A DNA stretch of 64,000 bases from Octopus sinensis (GCF_006345805.1 NC_043010.1:51708001-51772000), one strand, 5' to 3'. Counted from the stretch's first letter, positions 1 to 11,770 are shown. Numbers and translations: made by a program. Notes: generated from the letters alone by a model not told the origin.

Positions 1-235
1 TCTCTCACCCTATTAATAATTATATATATATATATATATTCATAGTAAAAACAATAAAGATGGAGTTAGTGATATTAATTAATACATTGTTTAGAATCAT
101 ATTGCCAATTTATATTTTAACCAATCTTGTATCTTGTTCATTAACATGTCAGCAATTATTGATTTAGTCTTATTCTTTGAGTAAAATGTTCTTTCTTGGT
201 GTATAAAGGAATTGATTCCTCAGAACATTAGTGCC

Positions 236-437
236 TGACTGGCCCTTGTGCCGGTGGAATGTAAAAGCACTCACTACACTCTCAGGATTGTTGGTGTTAG
301 GAAGGGCATCCAGCTGTAGAATTCTGCCAGATCAGATTGGAGCCTGTTGCCGCCATCTGGTTCGCCAGTCCTCAGTCAAATTGTCCAACCCATGCTAGCA
401 TGGAAAGTAGACATTAAACGATGATGATGATGATGAT
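236..437 (+). mobile_element. Retroposon family B ((GAT)n tail)
   Basis: aaaagcac..cactacactctc..ggaagggcatccagctgtagaa..ccaacccatgctagcatggaaag..(gat)n. Confidence 0.85.
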
Positions 438-639
438 ATATATATATATATTGTTACTATTATGCAAAAGTGTCATAAGTCCAAAAAGTTGCTTTTTCAG
501 AAAACGAAAAAATAGTTTCACCATTCCATTTCTTTTTACATTAGCAACAGTTTCAGCTTAACAATAATACTTTGTTGGGTGCATTAAATCATAACTCCAT
601 GCATGTATGATATTTTCAGTCAGAAATTTTCCATAAGGG

Positions 640-830
640 CAGCAATTTTGGGGAAGGGGATGAGTCGATTACATTGACCCCCAGTGTGTAACTGGTACTT
701 ATTTTATCATCCCTAAAGAATGAAAGGCAAAGTTGACCTTGGTGGAATTTGAACTCAGAATGTAAAGACAGATGAAATGCCACTAAGCATTTTGCCCGGC
801 ATGCTAATGATTCTACCAGTTCACTGCCTT
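640..830 (-). mobile_element. SINE family C
   Basis: Core aaaggcaaagttgacct..gaatttgaactcagaa; tRNA-like head ggcggcgagctggcagaa on the opposite strand. Confidence 0.8.
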
Positions 831-1504
831 AATACTAATATTACTACTACTACTAATAAATAAGTAAATATACAGATATATATACAGATATATATGGTCC
901 AGGCATTACTTTACACATGCAAGGCTTTTATATAGCATTACATGACGCTACAGCATGTTCTTTTTTGACTTTTTGTTGTTTTTTTTTAATGTGACAATAT
1001 CTTTGAGCAGCCAATGCAAAGCGAAATAAATAATAAAGAAAAAAACACAAATAATCAAAACTGCAAGACATTGAGATAGCAATATTAGTAAACAATTATA
1101 TATATAACAAACAAAAAAAACATTAAAAAAAATTAATTGTTTTCAAGACAAACAGCCAGATTGATAGAACAGGTATTATTTTGCTCATAAATAGAAGTGT
1201 GTATATACATACATATAGTATATAATATTATATATCTATATCTATATCTATATATATATAAATATTTAATATGCAGGCTCTCCGTCGCCTGCAATTATTA
1301 GGATTCTAGTTGATTCGATCAACAGAACAGCCTGCTTGTGAAATTAATGTGCAAGTGGCTGAGCACTCCACAGACATGCATACCCTTAATATAGTTCTTA
1401 AGGAGATTCAGCAAGACACAGGATGTGACAAGGATGTACAATTTATCTTTCGTCAGCTGACACTGGATATTTAATTTATATATATATATATCACTAGCCA
1501 CTAC

Positions 1505-1665
1505 ACAATCTTTATTTTCTTTCCTTGTTTCTTTCTGTGTTCCTTGCTGCAGAAGAGCGTAGGCTCGAAACGTTAAAGACTTTTTCACTTCCTAAGCGTT
1601 ATACATCTGTTTCTTGTCTACACCACCTGTCTTCGTCTTTTGCTTTTTTTGTAAATTCTCCCTAT
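1505..1665 (+). mobile_element. Short repeat with minimal hammerhead-like core (probable Penelope-type terminal repeat), copy 1
   Basis: Related to 6625-6775. Core CTGCAGA A GAGC GTAG GCTC GAAA CGT T aaag at 1547-1578; ends in (TA)n. Confidence 0.55.
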
Positions 1666-2709
1666 ATATATATATATATATATTTTGAAAAAAGGTTATA
1701 GGCCACTAGCCATTAAGGTCTGATGAGATGTAGGCTAAGCTAAGCACTTTATGGATGCAAAACCCTGGGTAATCCTATGAACCAGCCATAACTACCTTTC
1801 TCTAAATATATATATATATATATATGAAATCTTCTATCTCCATGGTGTGACAAATGTGTGTTTACTAAAAATACAAGCTTATAAAATTTACTGTATCATT
1901 AAATTACTTATTTTTAATCCATTATAGTAATATTATTATAATTAATAATATACAATTAATTTTGATTTTTTCTGTTCTTTTTTATTTTATTTCTCTCCTC
2001 AGATTTCAATTGAATATTAAGGTTTAAGTTTGAAAAGATGACAAAGTTGAATGTGATAGATAGATAGTTAGATAGATAGACAAATAAAGAGAGAGAGGAG
2101 AGAGAGAGAGAGAGAGAGAGACGACTGGGAGAGAGAACCATACAGCATACACAGAAAAGTATACGAAACAAATGATAATGTATGTATATATATGTATGAT
2201 TGCATATATATATATATGCATGCACACACAAAGAAGGATAGAAAAAGATGAGCATAAAAGAAACTGTGAGGAGAGCAATGTAGAAAAGACAGTCGAAGAA
2301 AACAGGCAAAAATGTAAAAAAAAGAAAAAGAAAAAAGAAAACTGAAAGTAAGATAAGAAAGACAAAGACATAAGACGTATTTTGAAAGACTTGAAATAAA
2401 TGAAGAGATTGGAAACAAAGTATTAAGTTTTGTATGTGTGTTAAGAAGGAAGTTAAAAGATGTTTTGAAAAATAAGATGTGGTTGGCAAGACTGGTTTGG
2501 TAGCAGTAATAATTATCTGAATTATTTGATTTGATAACCCTTCTCTCTCTCTCTCTCTCTCTGTGGTGTGATTTGGAAGAGGGAACCTTTTGTCCTCTTT
2601 TGTTTCATCTGGAGGACTTCAGTAAAGCAGCAAAGTAGTAGCAAAAACTAAAGTTTAAATGTACACACACATAGATAGATACAAGTTATGTTTGGTGGCT
2701 GTGATGACA

Positions 2710-3245
2710 AGGGATAGACAGACAACCCTTCTACAGGTAAAAGCTATTTTTAGTCCTTGGTACCCCAACTCAGAATGCCTTACTTCCCTGGGCATGGATA
2801 CATTGAAACTCCATCGTCTGGCAGCTGACTTGGCAGACACCCACAAAATTATTAACCATCTTACAAACAATAACTCTGAGCACCTTTTCAAACTCCACCT
2901 GTCTAACACCCATGGACATGCCTACAAAGTCAGAAAACAGCACAGCTCCCATGACTTTCGGGAACATTTTTTCACGCTAAGAGTTGCTGAAGTATGGAAC
3001 AAACTGCCAGAATCATTTGTTAGTTGTTGGAGCACTGCATCCTACAAAACTTCCATGCTTCCTGAGATTTGTCAACACTACACCTGATTTTCCTCCCTCC
3101 ATTCACACACAAGCAGGTATCTGACTCATACACTGTTCACTTCTCAGACATTTCTACATTACTGCATATGCTTTATATGCACTTTTGACAAGTTTTGGTG
3201 CACCTGAGCACTGTATACAATAATTTCATTATTATTATTATTATG
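2710..3245 (+). mobile_element. CR1/L2-clade LINE 3' end
   Basis: ORF 2659-3087 ends SNTHGHAYKVRKQHSSHDFREHFFTLRVAEVWNKLPESFV, followed by 3'UTR and (ATT)n tail. Confidence 0.85.
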
Positions 3246-3289
3246 CTAAGGGGTGAAATGCTAGTAATCCTCAGATACCTGCTGATGAC

Positions 3290-3620
3290 ATGGAAGTGGT
3301 TTTGACATTGCGATGGCTTTAGTCACTACCAACAGAAGAGTTTACAATACCACTGAATAGCTTTTGCAGATTTTGTTTTGTGGGGTAAAACATCACTGCT
3401 GTTTATTTTACCTATTTAATTTGTCTACTTCTGAATGGTACTTGACAAATTTTGGTGCCAAATGAACAGGAACCTTTTGAGAACTGAAAGCTCCTTTTAC
3501 AAATGGATGCAACAGCAATGCCACAATGATGTCATGAGGCCAGAAATGGTATGTAGAAGGGAACCTCTTGAGTGGTTTCATCCAGTTAAACCCAACATAG
3601 CATACTCGCATCACCCTGTA
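3290..3620 (-). mobile_element. Possible heavily decayed piggyBac transposase fragment
   Basis: Frame-shifted peptides PKFVKYHSEVDKLNR and KAIQWYCKLF resemble piggyBac GGVDxxDQ and KWYKKLF motifs; weak. Confidence 0.3.
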
Positions 3621-4440
3621 TTAATTAACTTGCTTCAGTTATGATGCTGCTCAGAGATTTAATGGTTAAGAGCAAAAGACACAGATGAAAATTAATGAAA
3701 TAATTAACATATTTGCCAGTTTGTAAGACACACCCCTTTTTTACAAGTATATTTTGGAGGCGGGGAACAAAACAAACTAATTTAGCGTTTTATCTTAAAC
3801 TTATTGAAAGATATTTTAAAGTGATTTTGTCGGAGAATTTTATGATTTTATGGATGACAGTACACTGGAAGAAAGTATGGAACCACAAAGGTATCATAAA
3901 AAAACTACATTATAGGTCTACCATTTTTCGGCTTTGTCTTCATTCAAATCAGCTGTATAGTTACTTATATTTTGATCAATAGAATTACAATAGAGGATAT
4001 AAAACTTGTATCTATGGCTACCACACTTAGTGATACTGCAATCAGCCATCAGGGTGGTGCACCACTGCTATGATTTTGTTGTCATTCATCTACTATCAGC
4101 AAATAGTTGGTAGCGGATGAAAGTTTAATGTTTTCCTCTTTCTGGGAGAATTTTCGTTTATTTTATTAAAAGACATTTCTAAAAAGCAACACAATCATTA
4201 AATAATGCGTCTGTTATGTATGCTGAGGAACGAGGCATAAGGAGAGTATATAACATCTTCACATAACTGCCAATGTTACTATAAGTAATATTTTGTAGGT
4301 TTGTGCTAAGTTAGCGACACTTTGGTTTGTTTCAATATTTCATTTAGTGACAACTATTGGACTTAGCAGACTTAAGCTTATCTGGCTTCCTAGTTCATGA
4401 TGTTCAGTCTCCCAATAATAAGGCAACTACATTTGACATA

Positions 4441-4861
4441 CTCTTTTACTTGTTTCAGTCATTTGACTGTGGCCATGCTGGAGCACCGCCTTTAGTCGAG
4501 CAAATCAGCCCCAGGACTTATTCTTTGTAAGCCTAGTACTTATTCTATTGCTGTCTTTTGCTGAACCGCTAAGTAACATAGACGTAAACGCAGCAGCATC
4601 GGTTGTCAAGCGATGTTGGGGGGACAAACACAGACACACAAACATATACACACACGTACAAACGTACACACACACATATATATATATATACATTTATACG
4701 ACGGGCTTCTTTCAGTTTCTGTCTACCAAATCCACTCACAAGGCTTTGGTTGGCCCGAGACTATAGTAGAAGACACTTGCCCAAGGTGGCACGCAGTGGG
4801 ACTGAACTGGGAACCATGTGGTTGGTAAGCAAGCTACTTACCACACAGCCGCTCCTACGCC
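4441..4861 (-). mobile_element. SINE family A (tRNA-like head, internal microsatellite, (AAGAGT) tail)
   Basis: Head gtggctgtgtggtaagtagcttgcttaccaaccacatggttcc..; a decayed second copy follows at 4872-5312. Confidence 0.85.
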
Positions 4862-6143
4862 TTAAATCTCTTATCTCTTACTTGTTTCAGTTACTAAACT
4901 ATGGCCATACTGGGGCACCACCTGGAAGAATATTTAGCTGTGTGAAACAACCCTAGTACTACTTTTTTAAGGCTGGTAATTATTCTATCAGTCTCTTTAG
5001 ACAAACTGCTTAGTTATGGGGACGTAAACAAACCAACACCAGTTGTCAAGCAGTAGTGGGAGTCATGAAGCCAGGCATGCACATGCACACACACACACAC
5101 ACACACATACACACACACACACACACACACAGAGAGAGAAACACACACAAGCATGCGCACAAAACAAGCTTCTTTCAGTTTTCATCAACCAAATCTACTT
5201 ACAAGGTTTTGGTTAACCTAAGGCTATAATTGCCACCAAGGTGCGATGCAGTGGGACTGAACTCAGAACTAGTTGGAAAGCATACTTTTTACTACATAGC
5301 CACGCCTGCACCTCCACACAGCTGGCAAGTATGGTAATTACTTAATTGGTTAATTAAACAAAAAAAGATATACAAAAATAAAATAGAACAAAGGCTAACA
5401 TATTGATATAACTGGTAAATGACATTATAAATATAAATTTGAAGCAGAAAAAAAAACCTCAACAAATCCTCACTGATAGGAGATGAACCACATGGACTGC
5501 TTGTTGTTAATACAGTCACCTTCAAAGTAATATGTCTATAGTTCAATTCCTACCAGTGGGCATGTTATGACTGTTTATTTTATTTTCCTTTGTTTTTTGC
5601 GGGGGTTTTTTCTGTTTCAAATTGGTATTTATACCACGAGAGGAAAGGAGTGATGATTATGAGAACAGGATTGGAGAAAATCAAGGGAATAGAGGAAAGG
5701 AATTGAGAGAAATTTTCAGAAGACTAAATAAATGATCAAGAAACAAGATTATCAACTAGAGATGTGTATCACAATATCCTGGAATTCTATAATTTTATAA
5801 ATTCTCCAATTTAAAAATGAACACAACATTTTTCAAGAAATGTCAGAAATATCTACAATTTTCTAATTTATGTATGTATATATTATATATATATATATAT
5901 ATACACACACATACATATATACATACACATAAATTCTATACATTAGAAATAATTATATATATATATTAAGTCTAGAGTTATCCCTATTACTCTACCGATG
6001 TATCTATCTTTCTATCTGTTTTTCTCTCCAATTCAAAAATTCAAAACATGTCATATTGAACTCTGGTGGCATTCTGACTTGTTTTGCATCAAAAGCAGAG
6101 CTACCTCAGTGGTGCTGTGTTTTGAAATTTTTCCTCTCGGTAA

Positions 6144-6196
6144 GTCGTGCTGAAGAGAGTTGAGGCACATGGCCAAAACTTGAAACCATGGTAGAC
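6144..6196 (+). ncRNA. Hammerhead-like motif with perfect palindromic stem III
   Basis: CTGAAGA gagtt..aactt GAAA CCATGG TA. Stem II 5 bp (G-U closing pair), ACCATGGT palindrome, GUA triplet, weak stem I. Confidence 0.5.
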
Positions 6197-6514
6197 AAAT
6201 ATCTGAATGGCACTATCTTTTTAATGGTATGCTTTTAATTCTATTCTTTAACCTTCTGCCCACTTACTGTTGTTCTCTGTCATATCTTCAGTGCTTTTTG
6301 ATGGTTTATGGGGGTTTTTTTAACTCCTATTTCTAAACAGGTTAGATGCCCAGTTTGTCCTTATGATTAGAACTAATTTTAATTTTATAGCTATTTGATG
6401 CTATCTGATACCTGTAACCATCTTCATTATTGTTATTATTATCAATACATTATATTTACTGCAGATAATATTAACAATAATAATGTCTTTATGAACATTC
6501 ACTCCTTATATATA

Positions 6515-6590
6515 CATATAAGTTGTGGTGCACCTGAGCACTGTGGTGCACCTGAGCACTGTATACAATAATTTCATTATTATATATTAT
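6515..6590 (+). mobile_element. Same LINE, extreme 3' tail with internal duplication
   Basis: gtggtgcacctgagcact occurs twice, followed by gtatacaataatttcattatt. Confidence 0.6.
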
Positions 6591-6624
6591 TATATATATA
6601 TTATCTCTAGTTGATATATATGGA

Positions 6625-6775
6625 CCACTGAATTCTACATGTTTTTTCATTTTCTTTCTATTTATTTCCTCAAATTCCTTTCTGTCGAAGAGCATAGTCT
6701 TGAAATGTAAAAGACTTTTCCATTTTTCCTGCGCATCAAACTAATACACTTGCTTGTTGTTCCTACACCTCTCTA
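6625..6775 (+). mobile_element. Same repeat, copy 2 (CpG-decayed)
   Basis: cttt CTGTCGA A gagcatagtctt GAAA TGT A aaag; aligns by eye to 1505-1665. Confidence 0.5.
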
Positions 6776-7132
6776 TAAATTTGAACAATATATATACATA
6801 TATATGTAAAAAAAAAACAGAATTCAAATTTATGGAGAGCCATCTCCACAATGATGAATCCTAGCATCATTTTCAATCTAATAAAGTTACATATAAAACT
6901 TACACATCTCTGATGATTTGACATGAAGTTTTGATTATGTAATTTGTATTATATAACTAAAACTAATCTTATGTTAAAGAAACATAAGTAAAATAGCATA
7001 AATAAATTTCTTATAAGCAATCTCTCATCTTTTGTTTTGTTTTCTTAATTATATATGTGTGTGTCTATATGTGTATATATAAATCTGAGTGTCCTATTCA
7101 GGATTACACAGTTTCCATAGAGTAAGTAATAG

Positions 7133-7288
7133 TATTAATAATGATAAGGTGAACAGAGATTTTCCACATCTATAATTTTATTAAACAGTTATTTACAGTT
7201 TTCTTTTTTTTCTTTGACCAAAAAATTCTATAAATAACTGTTTAATAAAATTATAGATGTGAAAAATTTGTTCTCCTTATCATTATTA

Positions 7289-7292
<4 letters not shown>
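7133..7292. repeat. Fold-back inverted repeat
   Basis: About 65-bp arms attaataatgataagg..aaacagttattta. Confidence 0.85.
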
Positions 7293-7323
<31 letters not shown>

Positions 7324-7704
7324 ATATATATATACATGCACACAGACATATCTATATGGGTGTATATATATATATATATTACACACATAATGTATGTCAG
7401 GTCATATTCAGCCCAACATCACCACCATTCCCCAATGTTAGCCCCATTTTGAGGGGCAGCCCTCACTCCACTTCAGTTGTACTTGTAGTATACCTATGAG
7501 AGGGTATATGTAAATAGGGTAACTAGCTTCTGATGACCTCTACAGGTGAAAAAGCTCCAGACCCAGCCTGACATGTTGGGCTCATTGTGTTTTTGACTGC
7601 TCTGTCGAAATCACAATCAGCCTCAAACAAAATCCTTAATACAACATCTCTAGCTGAGTTACTTGCTCAAGATTACAAGCTCACAGTTTAAAAAAGCCTC
7701 TTAC

Positions 7705-7725
7705 AATAGTTCTGTTTAGCCAACT
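7705..7725 (-). CDS. Weak candidate 21-nt microexon SWLNRTI
   Basis: Long T-rich tract ending ttttttcag|AGTTGGCTAAACAGAACTATT|gtaaga; open only in phase 0; no homology support. Confidence 0.2.
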
Positions 7726-7952
7726 CTGAAAAAAGAAAAAAAAAAAGAAACAACAGAGAAATTTTTTTTAAAACCAGTATAAACGTAGATTCGTGTTTTG
7801 ATGGGCACTAAAATGATTGGGTCGAGAGGAATGATGAAGAAGAGTCCAGGAATAGAGATGGTGATGGTGACAACAAGGGAAAAATCAACTGAAAATAGAG
7901 TAACCACAATGAGAAGCAAGCCACTAATTAACTGATTTGCTCAGCATATACA

Positions 7953-8025
<73 letters not shown>

Positions 8026-8098
8026 CTAGATATATATATATATATCAACCCGTGCTAGCGCGGAAAACGGACGTTAAACGATGATGATGATGATGATA

Positions 8099-8337
8099 TA
8101 TTAGAAGAAATAAGGTACTCAGAAATCTGGATGGTTTTACATTTACAGATTTTTATTAATATGTCACATGTTTTTATAAATCATATATTAGCGCTTGCAT
8201 TTACTTTAATAGATTCTTCAGATACTAGAGTAGATGCAAGCACTAATATATGATTTATAAAAACATGTGGCATATTAATAAAAATCTGTAAATGTAAAAC
8301 CATCCAGGTTTCTGAGTACCTTATTTCTTCTAATATA
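8099..8337. repeat. Fold-back element related to 12680-12995
   Basis: Arms of about 100 bp beginning tattagaagaaataaggtactcaga, short spacer, TA flanks. Confidence 0.9.
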
Positions 8338-8376
8338 TAATACCTGTACATCACCTCCAAACTAATTAATATATAT

Positions 8377-8727
8377 ATGGTTCCGGGTTCAGTCCCACAG
8401 TGTAGCACCTTGGGCAAGAATCTTCTACTATACACTCAGACCAAACAAAGCCTTGTGAATGGGTTTTGTAAATAGAAACTGAAAAAAATCTCTATGTATG
8501 TATGTATGTGTGTGTGTGTGTGTGTACACATACACGAGGGGGGTTGCTGAAAGAAAATACTGGAGGATCAGGAAATTATGATTTTATTCAACATAATCTC
8601 TCAGAATCACACACTTATTGCATCGGCCCTTCAGTTTTTCAAAGCCCTGTAAAAGAACTCGGAACGTTGGGCCTTCTACCAGGCCTTTCATGATACCCTT
8701 AAATCCAGGAACTTTTCAGCAACCCTT

Positions 8728-8790
<63 letters not shown>

Positions 8791-9056
8791 TATATATATT
8801 TTATATAAATGTGTGAGCAAGTGTGTGCATGCATGTGTACCTATATGTCTGTGTTTGTCATTGACTACCACTTGACAATTGGTGTTGATGTGTTTATGTC
8901 CTTGTGACTTAGCAATTTGGATAAAGAGACTGATAGAATAAGTACCAGGTTTAAAAATAAAAATAAGCACAGGGGTTGATTTGTATGACTAAAATTCTTC
9001 AAAGGACTGCCCCAGCATGGCCACAGTCTACTGACTGAAACTCACAAAAGATAAAA
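8377..9056 (+). mobile_element. SINE family A, interrupted by a MITE
   Basis: Head at 8377-8490 and tail at 8830-9056 flank the MITE at 8533-8728. Confidence 0.75.
8533..8728. mobile_element. Mariner-derived MITE nested in a SINE microsatellite
   Basis: Termini tacgaggggggttgctgaaag / cttttcagcaaccc; same family at 26368-26590 and, inverted, at 41930-42145. Confidence 0.75.
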
Positions 9057-9257
9057 GGTAGAGATTGAGAAAAGAACAAGCAAAGGGAAAGAGAAAGGAA
9101 AAAGAAGTCAAGAAAAAAAAGGAGAATGCAGAAAAGGGAGAGAATAAAAGTATATTTATTTATGTCACTTCAATATGGCTGTTCTGACTGTCTTAAAAAC
9201 ATAACTGAGAAATTATAATTAATACATTTGGACATGCAGCAAGAAGAAAGTACTTAC

Positions 9258-9272
9258 TTCTTCATCCTCCGG
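9258..9272 (-). CDS. Candidate 15-nt microexon PEDEE of the SDR gene
   Basis: attttatgttataatttacag|CCGGAGGATGAAGAA|gtaagtac; strong acceptor and donor; open in phase 0, as the upstream exon requires. Confidence 0.45.
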
Positions 9273-9332
9273 CTGTAAATTATAACATAAAATGATGTGA
9301 TTGTTGTTAAAAATATTGTAGTCTTCATCAAC

Positions 9333-9371
<39 letters not shown>

Positions 9372-9530
9372 TATAGATATAATATATATATATATATTAT
9401 ATATATATATATACATACATACATACATGCATGCATCTGTATATATTTATGTGTATATACATATATATACATATATATAGATATGTATTTGCAAGTGTGT
9501 GTGTATGTATATATATATATAGATATATAT

Positions 9531-9568
<38 letters not shown>

Positions 9569-10122
9569 TTGTGTCTTTTTTATTTACAATTGATAAACAA
9601 AAAGTTGTCAAAAAAGTATATATAATATATATATATATATATATATCAGGCTGAGTAAAAAGTAAGCAACGTTTTGAAATATGAAATTCATCACAATACC
9701 TTTCAACAATACAGAAATTTTATTCATCAAAGTAAGTACTATTACAATTATGTTACTAAATTCTTTGTTATATTTAAAGTAATTGAAAGAAACACAGAAC
9801 ATCTAAAAAAAAAAAAATACAGTAACAAAAGGGTTAATTATTAACCCAGAGGTGAAGGATGAAGAGACATTACACAGATGGGTTTCTTATAGCATGGGAG
9901 CGCACACAGAAATAGGGTAAATGAAAAATAGTAACGAAATACACAATAACAATAGTGTGTATGTATATATATATATATACATACTTATATGTATATAAGT
10001 AAATGTAGGGATAAGGAAGTTAGCTAAATATATAAAGTATATTAAATACATGAAAAACAAAAAATGTATATATATGTATACATATATATATATATGTATA
10101 CACACACACACACATATATATA

Positions 10123-10164
<42 letters not shown>

Positions 10165-10406
10165 CATATATATAATACATATATTTCATGTATTTAATAT
10201 ACTTTATATGTTGATCAGTCTAACTTGCTTATTTACATCTATACTGCTCAAGTTTAAACCTCTTGAGCACTAGTAAGTGTATTCTATATGGGGAATATCC
10301 AGATCTCATCTATGAACTATATATTATATATATAGAGAGAGAGAGAGAGGTGGAAGGCGATAGAGAGGGAGTTAGCAAGGGATTAAGAATGAATGGTACA
10401 GCTTAC

Positions 10407-10520
10407 CTTATCAGCTGAGTACATTTGGCTACTTGAGGCCTCGATATAGATTTTGACATTGCGTTTCGCTGCTTCTCTGGCACAGTTGAGACTAAGCTTC
10501 ACAATTCCCTCCTGGTAAAC
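10407..10520 (-). CDS. Same SDR gene, exon VYQEGIVKLSLNCAREAAKRNVKIYIEASSSQMYSADK
   Basis: cctcatctag|GTTTACCAG...GATAAG|gtaagc; 114 nt, phase 0 to 0. Matches recalled CG5854 VYKEGILKLSLNCA; beta-5 and Ser-rich active-site loop (EASSS). Confidence 0.93.
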
Positions 10521-10796
10521 CTAGATGAGGATAATAGCATGATGAGAAAAGTCTTATAGACAGACATACAACTTATCATGCTCTGCAGCTGGGTAAGAGA
10601 AATTTAGTGTCCTGCTCTATGAAGATTAGTAACACAATGATAAGACATTCTTATTATTAATTCCCCCTGTGAGCAAGTAGAATTTATTGTCCTGCTTTAT
10701 TTGGATAACAAAATATCTGAAATGTATTGCCAACAAAACATTTACTTCTTAGTTGCATCATATATATATATACATACATATATATATATATACCAT

Positions 10797-11183
10797 ACGA
10801 GTGAGATCGTTGCCAGAGCAACAAGCTGGCATGTTAAAAAACACCATTCGAGTGTGATCATTACCTGCATCGCCTTACTAGCACCTGTGCTGGTGGCATG
10901 TGAAAAACATTCAAAGCTGGACTGGCTCCTGTACAGGTGGCACATAAAAAGCACCATCTGAGCGTGGCCGTTGCCAGTACCACCTGACTGGCCCTCGTGC
11001 TGGTGGCACGTAAAAGCACCCACTACACTCTCGGAGTGGTTGGTATGAGGAAGGGCATCCAGCTGTAGAAACTCTGCCAGATCAGATTGGAGTCTGGTGC
11101 AGCCATCTGGTTCGCCAGACCTCAGTCAAATCGTCCAACCCATGCTAGCATGGAAAGCGGACGTTAAACGATGATGATGATGA
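10797..11183 (+). mobile_element. Retroposon family B
   Basis: Longer copy with tandem ggcacgtaaaaagcacc subunits. Confidence 0.85.
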
Positions 11184-11202
11184 TATATATATATTATACA
11201 TA

Positions 11203-11445
11203 CATCACTAAAGTGAACAAGGGCACTAATCAGCATTAATATTGCTAGAAATAAGAGTCAAAACAATTCAATAGCCACAAAAACACTATCTTAATCACCT
11301 GGCAAGGGAGACAAGATCTCTATGATCACAGATAGAGCCAAGTGACCAATGATTTCGCATTTTGATGCTTAACACATCTTAACGCTCATCAGTGGCTCAT
11401 TAATGCTGGTGCTCATTAATGCCCTTGTTCACTTTAGTGGCGTAT
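11203..11445. repeat. Inverted-repeat element carrying the 11335-11398 hammerhead
   Basis: cactaaagtgaacaagggca..cagcattaat / attaatgctg..tgcccttgttcactttagtg. Confidence 0.75.
11335..11398 (-). ncRNA. Type I hammerhead ribozyme motif, sense to the SDR pre-mRNA
   Basis: Minus strand gagcca CTGATGA gcgtt..aatgc GAAA TCATTG GTC act tggctc. Stem II 5 bp, stem III A-U/U-G/C-G, GUC triplet, stem I 6 bp offset by 3 nt. Confidence 0.65.
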
Positions 11446-11511
11446 ATATTTCTGCCTTTAGGCTGTAAAAATTCCAAATTAGCAACCCATATTATTTATG
11501 ACACACATACA

Positions 11512-11543
<32 letters not shown>

Positions 11544-11770
11544 CATATATCAAATGAAGATGAGTAGGTAGTGAATAGTTCTACTTATGCAACAAATGTT
11601 TCAATAGCATGGTAATTTATTTGCATACAATGTATTACATAATATGCAATTTTACATAATTTTCTTTATTTTATATGCTAAATTACCAGTCATTTCAACA
11701 GGTAACACGAACTATTGCTAGACAAAATTCATACTTCTTGCTTTCTTTGCAATTTTTTTTTTTGAGATAT

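Noticed and set aside
1720-1775. CTGATGA ... cAAAACCCTGGGTA hammerhead-like arrangement
   Set aside because: G12 is missing (possibly CpG decay) and stem II cannot be paired; too degenerate to call.
4603-4956. Recurrent ORFs such as MLGGQTQTHKH..IVEDTCPRCHAVGLN
   Set aside because: They recur because they are read through copies of SINE family A; not a protein family.
7525-7560. CTGATGA cct ctac agg t GAAA
   Set aside because: No stem III or NUH triplet after GAAA.
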